Shown one piece after another: positions 62,641 to 64,000 of a stretch of DNA of 64,000 nucleotides. The translations under genes were made by a program, and so were the position numbers. Every line of letters begins with the position of its first letter. Positions within the stretch are counted from its first letter, which is position 1. Below the pieces are notes generated by a model, which had not been told where the DNA came from, did no database searches, and saw only the letters and a list, made by a program, of their open reading frames with translations. Source of the stretch: Malacoraja senta (taxonomy: Eukaryota); contig JAXLNO010000073.1 of assembly GCA_038087875.1 (NCBI GenBank), positions 248,001-312,000 on the forward strand, given 5' to 3'.

Positions 62641-64000
62641 ATGTCCTCCATTTCTCTTCTACATCCTTCCCATAAAACAACATGTCCCAACTCACTCCTT
62701 TTAAATCATTTCGCATCTCCTCAAAGTTAGCCTTTCTCCAATCAAAAATCTCAACCCTAGATCCAGTTCTGACCCTCTCCATAATTATATTGAAACTAAT
62801 GGTATTGTGATCACTGGACCCGAAGTGCTCCCCAACACGTACCTCCGCCACCTGCCCTGTCTCATTTCCTAACAGGAGGTCCAGGACTGCCCCTTCTCTA
62901 GTAGGCACCTCTATGTATTGCTGCAAAAAACTATCCTGCACACATTTTACAAACTCCAAACCATCCAGCCCTTTTACAGAATGTGTTTCCCAGTCTATGT
63001 GTGGAAAATTGAAATCTCCCACAATCACTACCTTGTGCTTACTACTAATATCTGCTATATCCTTACATATTTGCTCTTCCAATTATCGCTCCCCATTTGG
63101 CGGTCTATAATACACCCCTATAAGTGTTGCTACACCTTTCCCATTTCTCAGCTCCACCCAAATAGCCTCCCTAGACGAGCCCTCTAATCTATCCTGCCAA
63201 AGCACTGCTGTAATATCTTCCTTGACAAGCAATGCAACACCCCCACCTCTTGCCCCTCCAATTCTATCACCCCTGAAGCAACGAAATCCAGGAATATTTA
63301 GTTTCCTATCAGAGCCCTCCTGCAACCATGTTTCACTGATCGCCACAACATCATACTTCCAGGTGTCAATCCAGACTCTAAGCTCATCCACCTTTCTTAC
63401 AATGCTCCTAACATTAAAATATACACATTTAAGAGACCCACAACCACTTATTCTCTGTTTATTATCTTTTTCTTCTTTCTCCCCTACATTTTGGGTCCGA
63501 GTGCTTCCCTTCTCTGCCTCCTGCCTCCCACATTTTCTACCATCTTTCTCTATTTGAGTCTCTCCCCCCAACCGTTCTAGTTTAAAGTCTCCCCACTAGC
63601 CTTTGCAAATCTCCCCGCCAGGATATTGGTTCCCCTCGGGTTCAAGTGCAACCCGTCCTTTCTGTACAGGTCACACCTACCCCAAAAGAGGTCCCAATGA
63701 TCCAGAAATTTGAATCTCTGCCCGCTGCACCAGTTCCTCAGCCACGCATTTATCCTCCACCTAATTTCATTCCTGCTCTCACTGTCGCGTGGCACAGGTA
63801 GTAATCCTGAGATTGTTATCTTTGCGGACGTTCTCCTTAACTCTCCTCCCAACTCCCTAAAACCTCCTTTCAGGGCCTCTTCTCTTTTTCTGCCTATGTC
63901 ATTCGTACCTATATGTACCACAACCTCAGGCTCCTCTCCCTCCGATTTCAGGATATCTTGGACACGTTCAGACACATCCCTGACCCTGGCACCAGGGAGG
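62641..64000 (-). mobile_element. CR1 LINE: ORF1 esterase part (63577-64000) and ORF2 endonuclease (62641-63571, one in-frame stop at 63083)
   Basis: VVHIGTND, DGLHLN; YFNVRSI, ISETWL, GVYYRPP, VGDFN, SDHN. Confidence 0.92.

Overview
Eukaryotic, repeat-dense vertebrate DNA. The repeat repertoire (HE1-like V-SINEs, HER1/CR1 LINEs, Penelope fragments, L1, Rex1) points to a cartilaginous fish, probably a skate or ray (inference). Main content: a birth-and-death cluster of two-exon GPR139-like class A GPCR genes. It has two open exon-2 ORFs (1584-2482, 19134-20050), one exon 2 broken by a deletion with a templated insert but with an intact exon 1 (10698-12666), one older minus-strand pseudogene (46407-47181) and two plus-strand relics (~15.3 kb, ~25.6 kb). 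The cluster was built by a tandem ~8-10 kb duplication (junction 17215/17216) and a near-identical younger duplication (1-2759 = 9115-11739). Also present: an orphan EEF1AKMT3/METTL21B-like last exon between two TE-derived satellites (one made of ~35-bp palindromes), a frameshifted PRDM9-type ancestral KRAB exon (59725-59847) that the ORF track misses, many Penelope-borne minimal hammerhead-like motifs, two rearranged L1s of one family each inserted in a CR1 ORF2, a triple MITE foldback and a 1.4-kb (GACTT/GAC)n microsatellite. All calls were made by eye. Repeat boundaries are approximate unless base-level junctions are given.
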